A stretch of DNA of 62,016 nt, the filler included, from Porpidia crustulata (Eukaryota): NCBI GenBank assembly GCA_964255105.1. It is 4 parts of 4 records of this genome, joined end to end, with 100 filler letters (N's around TTAATTAATTAA, not from the genome) between each part and the next. Parts side by side here need not be neighbours in the genome. Positions count along the whole stretch, not along the records: positions 1 to 15,443 come from CAXUWE010000309.1; 3 more parts are not named here. One strand, 5' to 3'. Positions 1-11,292 of the stretch are shown in pieces. The stretch's first letter is position 1; each line of letters opens with the position of its first letter. The position numbers and the translations under genes are program-made. Below the pieces are notes generated by a model that did not search any database, had not been told where the DNA came from, and saw only the letters and a list, made by a program, of their open reading frames with translations.

Positions 1-866
1 GGGTGGTATTTCAGCGTTAGATACGGGGCAGTTGACGAGGATATTTGTCTGTTTGGAGATGTGCGATTGATTCCGAAAGGTGTGCAATTACGAAATGATT
101 GTAGCAGGGGTTGCAAGCATCTGTTGGGAAATCAGGTGCCATATCCACCTGGATCGATAGTGGCAAAAGCTGCCTGCTCAATCCCAATCTCACCGCTCGC
201 AGTGAGCATCCATCCAGTAAACATCCAATTCTCTCAAAACATCCATCGGGCCCTAACGTCCCCAGACCAAGTAGGTAGCGATGTGTTGATACCGGCTAGA
301 CCCGTCTCATCACACAGTCAACGAACGAGCTAGGGGTTCCAAAAACGTCGAATCAAGAGTCTTTCCACTGCTGCAATCCATGAAAGCGAATGCGGACCTA
401 TGGCTTCGAAATCATGAACACCGACACCAGTGACATCAACGGCTTGGGTGAGCCAGCTGCTCGCTATCAGATTTTCTGGGTAGATCGGCTGATGTGTCCA
501 AAGCCCTGCCAAGCAAACTGCGCCTGCTAGCAACAACCATAGCGGTTTTCTTTCGGGCCTTTTTTCGTCCACTCGCTTTTGTAGGATCAATGTTGTTTGT
601 CGTTGATGGGGAAATTCAGTACTCGACCTTTTTTCAATTGGTAGCGAAAAGACATAATGTGGAAGCTGAAACGCGCTCTCGTTGTCTTCGGCATAAGTTA
701 CCTCGTGCCAACCACTGCTATCCTCGTCTACATCTGGTACCGGCCCTTCCAGGCTTATTTGCGGGACCGAATTGTGGATATGTTCGCTAAGATGGTTTGA
801 GGGTTTGAGGAGTAGAGGGGGTAGTAATGGAAGGGGGATGATGAGTCGGGGTCTGCAATTAGATGG

Positions 867-3582
867 CTATAGCTCCGATTGCAATGTGGAGACTTCCGGG
901 CTGACGGATTCCTCACTTCTCAAAGTCATGACGCTGCCTCTTTGTGCGACGTCAATGAGATCTTCGAGTTTCTTCGGGTTTTCTTTGGCGAGTCCGGCCA
1001 TGATAACACCAAGGAACGTGTCACCCACGCCGTTGACGCTGATGACCTCGCTCTCAGGTACCTTTTCTACCGCTGGGAAGAGACGCACGTAGACTCCGCC
1101 ATAAGCAGCATCCGCAATATCGGTCCGGCCAAAGATGTACTGCGCAGCGTCTGGAGACTTCAGAAGATCGTCACTGCGAAGGAGCAAGCGAGTCATGAGC
1201 ACCCCCTTGGCTCCAATTTTTGTCAAGATTGTGGGGATACAAGGAAGTAAAGCCACAGCTTGATGAACCACCTGCGTTCCATCCAACGAGGCTTCGATCA
1301 TGCCCATTGCGTCGACTGTCTTTTCCCACTCTGAGTCGAACCAATTAGCTTCTTTGGCAGCTGCATACATGGAGTTCAATTCTACGGCGTTAGGGGTTGC
1401 CAGGTCGATCGTGCATGAAAGCATCTCAGTAGACTTTGTTTGGCAAAGCCGTCTGGATTTTGCCGCTGACACAGGTTCGAAAGCGACCTTCGTATGTTCA
1501 CGTTTAGAAGCTTCGATTAACATCCACAGAGACTTCGTGTCCCAATTGGCGTCCACGACAGCCCATTTTGGTTTGCAACTAGCCAAATGTACTCGCCACT
1601 GGTTATTCAAGCCCTTTTGATCCTGGTTCCGGCCACAAATTTGTGATTGCTCCATGATGGTCATGTCTGCCATAGCCATCACAAGGTCCTTTCGTGAGTC
1701 GTTGATAGCAACATATTGAGCAGTAGACCGCCCTGGTATCTGCATGATGCCTGCTGTCTGCAGTCCTTTTTCGGCCACTTGACGTATAGCGGTTGAACCT
1801 GCTATATCATTTCCAACAAGGCTGAAAAGTCGCACTGGCGTGCCTAGATAATGTATTGTCATTGCGACATTTTGGCCAACGCCACCAAGGCTCTGCTTTA
1901 TTACAGCAGGATTAGAGGTAGACTGTTTTGGAATGTGCCGAATGGTTGGTCCTTCAGGAGAGATATAGTCGCACGCCAGGTCGATAGCAAGGGACCCAGC
2001 AACCATAATCTTAGCGCAATTATGGGGGGTTAGGTGATGTACGATTTCTGGTGCCATTACAGGCGCTTTGAGTTTGTCTGGGGGCGATGGGTTCTCAATG
2101 TTGGTATCTGCTGATATCCCTCTGATGATAAAATTTCAGCAGAGGTTTCGACTGGCGTGGTTCCAGTTCTCACCCGTCGGAGTATTCTGGCAATTGATAC
2201 TGACGTTCTAACTTTGCGAGTTCGATCGCTATCTTGGTCCCAAGAAGAACATTCTCCTCCACCAGAATGCTATTAGCAGTGACAGTACTACCTCCGGTGA
2301 GCTCTCGAATCCTCTTCAATATGTACGGAGTATTGTCGCTGCCAGATGATCCCGACTCCTTAGCGTCTTGTAGAGCCCGAGTAATGATGCCATCCATATA
2401 AGTTTTCTCGAGTGAATGCGCTGCTGGGATAGGATTCGTAAACAGCATCCCAGATTCGATTGCGAGGGATCTTTGAGCGTCTAGGAAAGGATTATTCAAC
2501 GTATTGAAGTGGAAGCTTCTTGAGTCATTCAACGATTTGCCGTGTCAACACGCATTTATCTTCGTAGAGAATTGCTTCCCACGCATAAATTTTTGAACAA
2601 TGCCTACTAGGACATGCTTCGAGTGTAGATGTAGATAGACCACCACCAGAAAGCATTTCATAGGAAAAAAGAGACATACATATGATTGCGGCAGCCTGCT
2701 TCTCGTCTTCGACAGCCGCTGGGCTCAATATACCGGAGTCTCTGGTCCAGAAGGCAGGGAAATCGACTTTGCCTTCGCGACCATCTGCAAAAGTACCTAC
2801 AAAGACTCCCTGTGTCTCGAGGAACTCCAGTGTTCGAGGTATGTCAAGAAAACTCTTGCAACCACTACTGATGACCGAGACTGGTGTTCTTCCTAATTCA
2901 ATGAGGTCTGCGCTAATATCCATGCTATTCTCCGCTCCCCGATGAACACCACCGAGGCCGCCAGTGGCGAAAATTTTAATGCCAGCAAGATGGGCAAGAA
3001 TCATTGTACCCGCAATAGTTGTACCACCGTTCAATTTCTGATGCTTCAGGCCCTGTCATAGATGAGCATTGTCGGCGTTACATCCGTAGCATCTGTTTGG
3101 CGTGGAGCAATCAGAGCCTTACTAATCCACAGATGTACCCAAGGTCTCTTCTTGATAGCTTTCTTGTCTCTGGCCTGCCGGCCGACGCCGCAAGTTCATC
3201 AAGCTCATCAGACTTGAAGCCCACGCGTGCGACACCATTGACGACTCCGATTGTAGCCGGAACAGCCCCGTTCTCGCGCACAATGGACTCCAATCGGATT
3301 GCAAGGGCAGCATTGTCAGGATAGGGGAAGCCTACTTTCACGTCAGGCCCGATTAGCTGCCACGTGAAAACCCTATCTACCGTGAGTGTAGATGGTTGTC
3401 TCCAAAGCTACGACTGGCCTTCCAAATCTTACAGCACTCCTTATTTCGTCCGAAATTTGTAGGAATTTCTCTTCTTTTCTAGAAGCCTGCAAGTGGCTAA
3501 GCCTGCGTTTCCTCACAAGCCGAAAGCTTGTGGACAAAGCACAACCAACACTCCGAAGCACAGTCAAACAGGGCGTAGGCAT
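867..3582 (-). CDS. Pseudouridine-5'-phosphate glycosidase (PsuG/IndA-like) fused to a PfkB-family (PsuK-like) kinase; about 5 exons
   Basis: ORF pieces join across GT-AG introns (e.g. 3380-3332). PsuG motifs: [72 protein letters not shown]. PfkB motifs in the last exon: [36 protein letters not shown] at 3582. Confidence 0.93.
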
Positions 3583-3853
3583 CGTAGTTAGACTTGTCAA
3601 TAACAAGCGTTGGTAGCCCTGGAGAGCAAACACATCTGAATAACTTCGCACGCATGGCACGTAGGCGGCCAACCTATCGGATCCACCGATTGCCTGCGCG
3701 CGAATCGCGCTAAAGGTATCACTAGTTCGAAAGGCCACCTTCAAGATCTCAGGCAAAATTCCCCTGGGTGGATTAACGGAGATGAAGTGACAGAATCAAT
3801 CAATTCATACGACGTTATCCTTATCCTCGAGGACAACCTGTTCCTCGTCAGTA

Positions 3854-5433
3854 ATGAGGTCACTCACGGTTCTTACCGCTGTGCTCTCCTTGCTCTCAAC
3901 GGCGTGCGCCGCGGAATCCAACGCTACAACACCTCTTTCCTCTCATCAGATCCTACCAAATAACTTCAAGCCCCCTCAAGTGTTCAGAAACATCAATCTG
4001 CTACGAAATGTAAATTTAGAAAAGGGATACGTCAGGGAGACAATCAATGTGGTCATAGAGAACATTGATAAGAAACCGCAAGCCGAATACTACATCCCTT
4101 TCAGAGCTGGAGTGATTGACAAAGTTGGAGGGCTTGAAGTCAGAGACAAGAAAGATGCTGGGAAACCTGCATTTCAGAATGCAGTCGTTGAGTATGATCC
4201 CTACAGGTAAGCCATACTCCACTGCACCAGAGGCATATTTACTACAATACTAATTGAGCAGCGCAACTCAATTCTACCGCGTCACCCTTCCCACTCCCCT
4301 TACCCCGTCCGCCCAACAAACTCTCTCGATAGCTTACCACCTACTATCTACCCTCACACCCCTTCCTGCCCTCATCAATCAAGAAGACAAGCAGTACCTG
4401 CTCTACACCTTCTCACTCTTCTCCCCCTCCGCCTACTCGACAGCCAACCAAAAAACCAAACTCAAATTCCCTAGTGCCGACATACCGTCTTTCTCGGGGA
4501 AACCGGAGCGCCAAGGCTCGTCCTTCACTTACGGGCCTTTTGCCGACACCCCAGCAGGAGCAGAACAAGAAGCCAACGTTCGCTACGAATTCACAAAACC
4601 CCTGATTCACGCTACGCTATTGGAGCGTGACATCGAAGTCTCCCACTGGGGCGGCAACCTCGCTGTTGAAGAGCGCTATTGGCTCACGAATCAAGGCGCC
4701 CATCTCGCAACCCAGTTCAGCCGTGTCAAGTGGGCAGCTACGCAATACTACAACCCGCCTACTAGCGCGCTGAAAGCGCTCAATGTGCCTCTGAAAGTGG
4801 GGAGCATGAATCCGTACTTCACCGATGACATAGGCAATGTCAGCACCTCCCGCTTCCGGGACTCGCTTCGCGAAGCTAATCTCGAGCTCAAACCACGGTA
4901 TCCAATCTTCGGCGGCTGGAAATACAGTTTTCGAATTGGCTGGGATGCAAACCTGCGGAGCTTCCTTCGCAGCTCAAAGAGAGAAAGTAATACTTACGTG
5001 TTGCGCGTACCATTTCTCGAGGGACCCAAGATGAGTGAGGGAATTTCATATGCGAAAGTTCAGGTAAGAGTGATCCTGCCCGAGGGCGCCATGGATGTCA
5101 AGTATGAGACGGCGGTGCCGCTCGTTGGCTCGGAGGTAGAGAGCTATCGGACGTTCATGGATACTGTTGGGCGGACAACCTTGAAGCTAAGCGCGGTGAA
5201 TGTTGCGGACGACACGAGGGATAAAGAAGTCATTGTATGCTTTCCGCCCCCTCCAATATAGAAAGAGTAAAGTTGAAGAACCGGCCGCTAATGTGGATAT
5301 GCAGGTGACCTATCAGTACCCATTAAGCGCGGCTTTCCGCAAGCCAGTCACCATATTTTTGGGCGTCATGGCTGTGTTCGTTACGGCGTGGGCAGTGGGC
5401 AAATTGGATATCAGTATCGGGAAGGCATCGTAG
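3854..5433 (+). CDS. OST1: Oligosaccharyltransferase alpha subunit (ribophorin I)
   Basis: Signal peptide; motifs LERDIEVSHWGGN, YFTDDIGNVSTSRFR, LKPRYPIFGGWKYSF, VILPEGA, TFMDTVGR; C-terminal TM helix. Exons about 3854-4206, 4261-5235, 5305-5433. Confidence 0.95.
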
Positions 5434-6243
5434 TGCTTCAATTTTCGTTGAGTTGGGTCATCGATCCATGTACCAAAAATAAAATATATATAACGTAGCA
5501 GTAAAGCTATTTCGGAGAACTTAGAGTCTCAGATCCATACAAAATTCGACAGGATAAAATACCATTGGCTTTTATTGCAAGTATATTGCATTAGTACCTT
5601 TCCGTTTATAATCCAAACTTCGTTGAACGTAACCATATAATGTTGGTGAAGTATAAACGATCTCAACCTCAACGGCATGCAAGACTATAAGGGCAATCGT
5701 GTCAATTACAGCCGCGACAATCTTATAATACAATTTTATCAAGTTTTTCAAGACGGCACTTCAATTGTTGATATTCATGACATCGGCAACTTTTTGTCTG
5801 GCTGGACAACAATTTTCCCGCCCCTTGCGTCAAGGCCGATCGTTGGCACGACCGCGTGAGCTTCTAGATAAATTATACAGGCAACTTAAATCTAAAAGCA
5901 AACCAGAATGGTTCCTACCGGTAGCGTGCACTGCATAGGCAGACATGCAATTACATTGCCAGCAGCCTTGGCATCCTGTCGCAGCCTTGTCGAACCAAGG
6001 CGCTTAGATACACATGGACTCTTAAGGTGGCACATTGGCTTCCCCACTGCTGGACCTTTGTGATGGATTCAAGGTACGAATTCAGCGGCGTATCCTGATG
6101 TATCTTACGTTAAGGCCATAATTAATCAAGTTTTCTCAAATTATGTCAGATTTGAGCATGACTCCAAATTGCTTCTAATGTGAGGACGGAATTCGTTGGG
6201 GAGGAATAAAATATACAGTCCTGCTAGCAGCACATATTAGAAT

Positions 6244-9200
6244 TTGGCATATCTAAGATACCTATGCTATCAACAGTCATTGGGACTCATGAATCTACCC
6301 GATTTCACGGTAGCAAGGACTCCAAAAGATAAGCCAAATAGTTGCGAAAAAGAAACCTCGAAGGGCTTAACAGCAGAGGTTGGCAAAGAGCACTCAGCTT
6401 ACTATCATAATTTACGAGGAGAGCGTAACAAAATGACATCCGGCCAGGCTATACATCCCATCGACATTGAGTTTGGTGATGAGTCTACTGATGATGAAGA
6501 TTATTCACAAGAAACTCAGCAGGATAGAAGGGGCCATGCAAGTCGAAATCAATCTGGACTGCCATACCAGATACATCAGAGTCAGAGACAATTTCACATT
6601 GATGATCAGGAGAAAATAGCTATTCCTCACCGTTCAACGTTTGCACCATCTTCAGATCCTTATCAATCATTCATTCCGTCGCCGCCACCTCCATCTTACC
6701 CGACGGAGACAAGGAAGCAAGGAAATCCGAATCACCATGGTCGTTCTCCTGGATTTTCTGAACACGAAGATTATGTTGCAAATCGACATTACCGGCGCCC
6801 ACGAAGCTTTGAAAGATTGCGTCCTCCTCTACATACCGCTCCAGCCAGACCGAATCGGGCCAGAAAGGATTTTGCAAATCCACAATCTCCTGAACACGAC
6901 TCCTTTCATGCACAAAGCTTCTGGAATAGTTATAATTCGGATCCTAACGTCTCGGGTTATCGTCCCGGAGAAATACAGAAAGAAAATGCTGAGCTATCAG
7001 TGATAACAGATGAACGGCCGAAGCGAAGTAACCGAATGCATTCGCAGCCTCCTTCGAAACCGCTTCTCATGGCGTCCTCTTCTCGCGAACCATATGACTT
7101 CCGCGATCTCCCAGGTAATCTTTCTCATCCTCGCTCATATAACATCAAACCGAACACATCCACCTCCTACCCTCGCGATTACGAGTTCAATTCGGAAAGC
7201 TCCTCAAGTGAGGATGGCGATGCCTGGGCAGATAGTGGAAGTTCTGACTCCCAAGGCTCTTTGCCATCAGATACACCCAAGTACCTTGTAGAGACTTCGC
7301 GATCAGCTCGACTTAACTTAAAATCAGGTGCTGACGAGGATTTATTGAGTCCTTCGGACTGGAATCAAAGACTCGCAGTGACCGAAAATGCTATCCAATG
7401 GCATCATCATAACAGGCATAACTGGCCCCATACATGGCGTCATTCTGACACCAAAACCTGCCCGAAGACCCTCAGAGACGCGTGGGGACAAATCCTTGAT
7501 GCTGACCGCCGTGTGAGTCAGGTTGGTCTAGATGCCACTCTTCCTAACATCGATACAAGTAAATACCAGTCGAAAAAAAAAGGAGACTTGACCGAAATTA
7601 TCAATGCATTTACAATTCTGTCAGAAAAAGACATTGAGAGCACACCGGCTACCTTACTAACTTCACCCTCTCTAGTCACTAGTGATGACTGCTGGAATGA
7701 TACTTACGAACAAGTCCAAAGACTGCTGAAAGTCAGAGATTACCTGATTGCCGTTTGCAGAGATGCAGAGTTTCTCAATGAATTTTATCCCACCATGGAT
7801 GCGATTACTTGGTTCGAGCAAGCGCAGCATTTTGACGATAAAGGACTCCGAACAGGCAGAAAGGAGGTAGTGGAACTAATGGCGCTCAAAATATCGCACC
7901 TCTCAGAACTCATAAAATCTTTGAATGTCATTCTACGAGCTATACTGTGGGGTTGGGGTGATCAGAGCAAAATTTGCATTCATTCTGACAAGGAGACGGC
8001 TGATAAAGAAGAGCTAGATGCTACTCACGGACTAACTAAGGAATTGAAATTAGAGCGCAGTCGATCTAAAATCGTTTCCTCCAAAGCCTATGACAGCAGT
8101 GAAAAGCGTATTCAAACGTGCATTCACGCTTCAGATATAGGTTTGGCGTCTCTCGTTGACGAGGTCGAGGTTTTTGCAGCTATTTTGAGTCAAGCACTCT
8201 TCTATCAGTGTGACGTCCTTATCTCAGACGACCAGCTTCATGGAACTCATGGGGATACTGTAGCTTACGGGCAGCACGATGTAACAGGTCTAATGTTCCG
8301 TCCACGAGGCCTTGGGTGTATAGGTGGTCTCATCCAATATCGTAATGTTTGGGTTTTAGAGCAACTCCCGAGCACAGGCAATATTCGTCCCTATGTCAGC
8401 CCTCCTACGGTAGAATCTCGGATGAGAGGCCATCCCGTATCGTTGAGGCCTGGCTCTTACGTTAGAACAACCATTTCGGATCTTGCTCGAATCTGGGGCC
8501 CAATATGGAAAGCATCAGAGCTTACAGAAGGGGATTCATGGGTTTGGTATCGGCTGCCAGGGGGCTACATTGGTTCCCCTAGAATTGGACATCCGGACTT
8601 TCAGGTCGCTAATGAGGTGGACGAAGCTCCTTGTCATTTTTCTACTACTGTAGATGGAGAATTCAGTGAATGTCCATCATCGCACTTCTTTGTGCCTGAC
8701 CTACCGTACATACTTATCGGTCACGGTCTTCCGAAGGGGCTTGTAGCTCGAAAATCATGTCCAACGAGCTCGGAAACTGGTTTAGATGGAATGGCATTGC
8801 AGTCAATCGGGACCTTGAAGCCATTCAAATACAAAGACTCTTCTTCGTTCAACATTGGTATTGGACATGGAGGTGCACAGGTCAATTGGAACACCCAGTT
8901 CAAAACGAATCCAGGCATCCTCATGAAACAGAGCCTGTTGGATCGTTGGAATTTCGAGCCAAAGTTCCGCAACTCCCGCCTTCTACTTCTTTGGTACGGT
9001 GTTGAGGTTAGTATTTGTACTAGGAATGCAAGAAGATGCCGTCTTGTGGACCTCCTACGATCTCGTCCAATGATCCAGTATCTTTCTAAAATCTACAAAC
9101 CAGAAACAGGTCGGTGGTCTTATACGAAAGCGCTTTTTGACGCTCTCAATAATAGTAATCCATACGCCTTCATCGACCTTTATGAAAGTCACCCAGAATG

Positions 9201-10407
9201 GCGAGGAGAACTTGGTACGGTGGTTGCACGCTGCTTAGACATCCTCAAAGGATCAGGCGTTCAAAGGAACGGCGATCTGGCTGCTTTTGTCTTCATGGAG
9301 AAATTTCATGATCCAGAGAAGCTTGCTGTCCTTTCAAAAACAGATCACACCTGGGCACCACTTTTAAAGGATTCTTTTGAGTCGGCAGCATTTGCCGTTA
9401 TGTCTCACCAATGCCTTGAATATCCAAAATCCCCAGGACAAGCATGCAGAGCTAAGTTTTGGACAGATCAAGGATCGAAGTCTGTCCTCGAGACCAGCTA
9501 TACGTCTTTGAAACGCTCCGATATGATTAGACTTTTCAAAGGCAGAAGTATGCAAATCAATCAGAGACTTCTCATGCAGGATTCGTCTCGATTCAATATC
9601 AAGAGACGTTCCACCAAGGGTATCCTACTAGGAACATGGCGCGGAGGACCGTTGGGGTATATACGCATCCCCCGGCCCTCGGAAGAGCGGTTCCGAGAAA
9701 AAGGACAGGATGCAGAGAAAGCTATCAAGGTCTTTGTTGTTTCTCGTAAGAAGAGTAAGCTTATTCGACTGCGGGAACCTGGGGAGATGGGACCGGTAGA
9801 TGAGGGAAATGACAAGAGCTCAATCTACGGATCGTTAGGCGATGACGAACCGATAACACCTTCTCGCCGGTACCAAAAAGTCTCCACCAGTAAGCCATTA
9901 GGCACAACGGTAAACCAGTCGTCGCCCCCCGAATCTCGAGCCTCAACTACGGACGGGCCTTCCAAGTTGCGCGGCAAAGGCACAGAAAACGTGGATGCTC
10001 ATTCGCAAACAGGCTCATTGCACACAAGGCCCCAAGGATTGGCGGCTGAGCAGGTCTCTCCTCTTCGTGAGGGCGGAGAATATTGCGTTGATAAAGCCAC
10101 CCAAACCGATAAGCCAGCTAGCATCCTTCCTTCCCTCGTCACTCCATCACCAACCAAAAAAGGCGATTTCTTGCTCCCAGTACCTGCACATGCGCAAAGC
10201 AATAGGCGCAGTTCTGGAAGCGACACCGGAAGCGATTCCACACACCGAAGCCATAGAAAGTCTTCGGGAAGTCAGGATGAGAGAAACGACAGCTCATCTC
10301 GCCGCCGTCATAGGCATTCGCGAAGCCATGGATACAGTCCCGCAGAAGAGGAATACCCGAGGGAGGAAAGTCTAAGAAGTAAGCTGGGATTGAGCTCTAG
10401 ACGCTAA
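6244..10407 (+). CDS. Large intronless hypothetical protein (start uncertain: TTG 6244 or a downstream ATG near 6290 or 6433)
   Basis: 4.1-kb stop-free ORF. Low-complexity S/P/R-rich termini flank an ordered-looking core (LARIWGPIW, ILIG, VEVSICTRNARRCRLVDLL). No family recognised with confidence. Confidence 0.75.
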   Translation: MAYLRYLCYQQSLGLMNLPDFTVARTPKDKPNSCEKETSKGLTAEVGKEHSAYYHNLRGERNKMTSGQAIHPIDIEFGDESTDDEDYSQETQQDRRGHASRNQSGLPYQIHQSQRQFHIDDQEKIAIPHRSTFAPSSDPYQSFIPSPPPPSYPTETRKQGNPNHHGRSPGFSEHEDYVANRHYRRPRSFERLRPPLHTAPARPNRARKDFANPQSPEHDSFHAQSFWNSYNSDPNVSGYRPGEIQKENAELSVITDERPKRSNRMHSQPPSKPLLMASSSREPYDFRDLPGNLSHPRSYNIKPNTSTSYPRDYEFNSESSSSEDGDAWADSGSSDSQGSLPSDTPKYLVETSRSARLNLKSGADEDLLSPSDWNQRLAVTENAIQWHHHNRHNWPHTWRHSDTKTCPKTLRDAWGQILDADRRVSQVGLDATLPNIDTSKYQSKKKGDLTEIINAFTILSEKDIESTPATLLTSPSLVTSDDCWNDTYEQVQRLLKVRDYLIAVCRDAEFLNEFYPTMDAITWFEQAQHFDDKGLRTGRKEVVELMALKISHLSELIKSLNVILRAILWGWGDQSKICIHSDKETADKEELDATHGLTKELKLERSRSKIVSSKAYDSSEKRIQTCIHASDIGLASLVDEVEVFAAILSQALFYQCDVLISDDQLHGTHGDTVAYGQHDVTGLMFRPRGLGCIGGLIQYRNVWVLEQLPSTGNIRPYVSPPTVESRMRGHPVSLRPGSYVRTTISDLARIWGPIWKASELTEGDSWVWYRLPGGYIGSPRIGHPDFQVANEVDEAPCHFSTTVDGEFSECPSSHFFVPDLPYILIGHGLPKGLVARKSCPTSSETGLDGMALQSIGTLKPFKYKDSSSFNIGIGHGGAQVNWNTQFKTNPGILMKQSLLDRWNFEPKFRNSRLLLLWYGVEVSICTRNARRCRLVDLLRSRPMIQYLSKIYKPETGRWSYTKALFDALNNSNPYAFIDLYESHPEWRGELGTVVARCLDILKGSGVQRNGDLAAFVFMEKFHDPEKLAVLSKTDHTWAPLLKDSFESAAFAVMSHQCLEYPKSPGQACRAKFWTDQGSKSVLETSYTSLKRSDMIRLFKGRSMQINQRLLMQDSSRFNIKRRSTKGILLGTWRGGPLGYIRIPRPSEERFREKGQDAEKAIKVFVVSRKKSKLIRLREPGEMGPVDEGNDKSSIYGSLGDDEPITPSRRYQKVSTSKPLGTTVNQSSPPESRASTTDGPSKLRGKGTENVDAHSQTGSLHTRPQGLAAEQVSPLREGGEYCVDKATQTDKPASILPSLVTPSPTKKGDFLLPVPAHAQSNRRSSGSDTGSDSTHRSHRKSSGSQDERNDSSSRRRHRHSRSHGYSPAEEEYPREESLRSKLGLSSRR

Positions 10408-10917
10408 GGCGGGAGCCACTATTGAGATCTGAGACACAGAGATAAGAAGGTGTCGACGTATCGCTATGGCCTACTCGCCATACCGGTGGATAATATTTAC
10501 GCAGAACTTGATCTGCAACACTACGTGCCTACCAGTAGAGCTGATAGTACCAACGGAAAGATCGCGTATACATCAAGAGGATGAAGTTACTACCCATACT
10601 CTACTGAATCGGCATAAAGAAGAATTGAAGGAAAAGCTCGTTGCTGATGATAAGGCTATTTATTTACGAAAAATTCAATACCAGTCATTGGCATCTAATG
10701 AAGGAAATTTGAAGCTCAAGAATCCTATATTAGCAAGGCAAACCCGAAACCTCCAAAAACTTCAAGGAAATGGCCAAAGTCCCGCAAGAAATCCTGAAAG
10801 GCGAGATTCATCCTTCACGCCTTCTCCGGAAGCAAGACGCCGGGATTTACATCCCACCATACCATACATCACCCAATTAAATGGAGATAGTCACACAAGC
10901 CCCTCCTTCCACCAGTA

Positions 10918-11014
10918 GCCCGGTCAGTTCAATCGGTAGAGCACAAGACTCTTGGGGCATCATATAATATGCAGGTGAATATTGTGTTTATGCGTTCGAC
11001 ATCAGCGTCGGGCT
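10918..11014 (+). pseudogene. Degenerate intron-containing tRNA-Lys(CTT)
   Basis: Sequence GCCCGGTCAGTTCAATCGGTAGAGCACAAGACT-CTT-[~24-nt insert]-ATATTGTGTTTATGCGTTCGACATCAGCGTCGGGC. Acceptor stem, D-arm/A-box and GTTCGA B-box are recognisable; the anticodon stem has a mismatch and the T-stem pairs poorly. Confidence 0.75.
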
Positions 11015-11292
11015 CGAGGGGCACGTTTCCTTTGCCCAACTGTTTTAATTGTTGCTGCAGGTTCCGTTGAGATTTAGGTACATTGGAAAATTTTCTACGA
11101 GATATCTAGGGGGGGCAAGATTCTTGTCAGAAGCACCCTTACAAACAATTATCTGTCACTATTATCGCTGTTTTCATGTTTGAAATTTGTTGCAAGAAGT
11201 GTTTTTCGTATTCCTTCAGGAGGTGGAGCTATATTTGTAGACTTGTTCAAAAGTCAAGATACGTCATCTTATCAATAATCACATAAGCTCCT

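Noticed and set aside
1..660. Short minus-strand ORF with a TM-like stretch (330-590)
   Set aside because: No ATG start, stops in the flanking frames and no recognisable motif; at most an unidentifiable relic.
10466..10918. 150-aa ORF ending at the tRNA relic
   Set aside because: No motif or splice support; cannot be told apart from a chance ORF.
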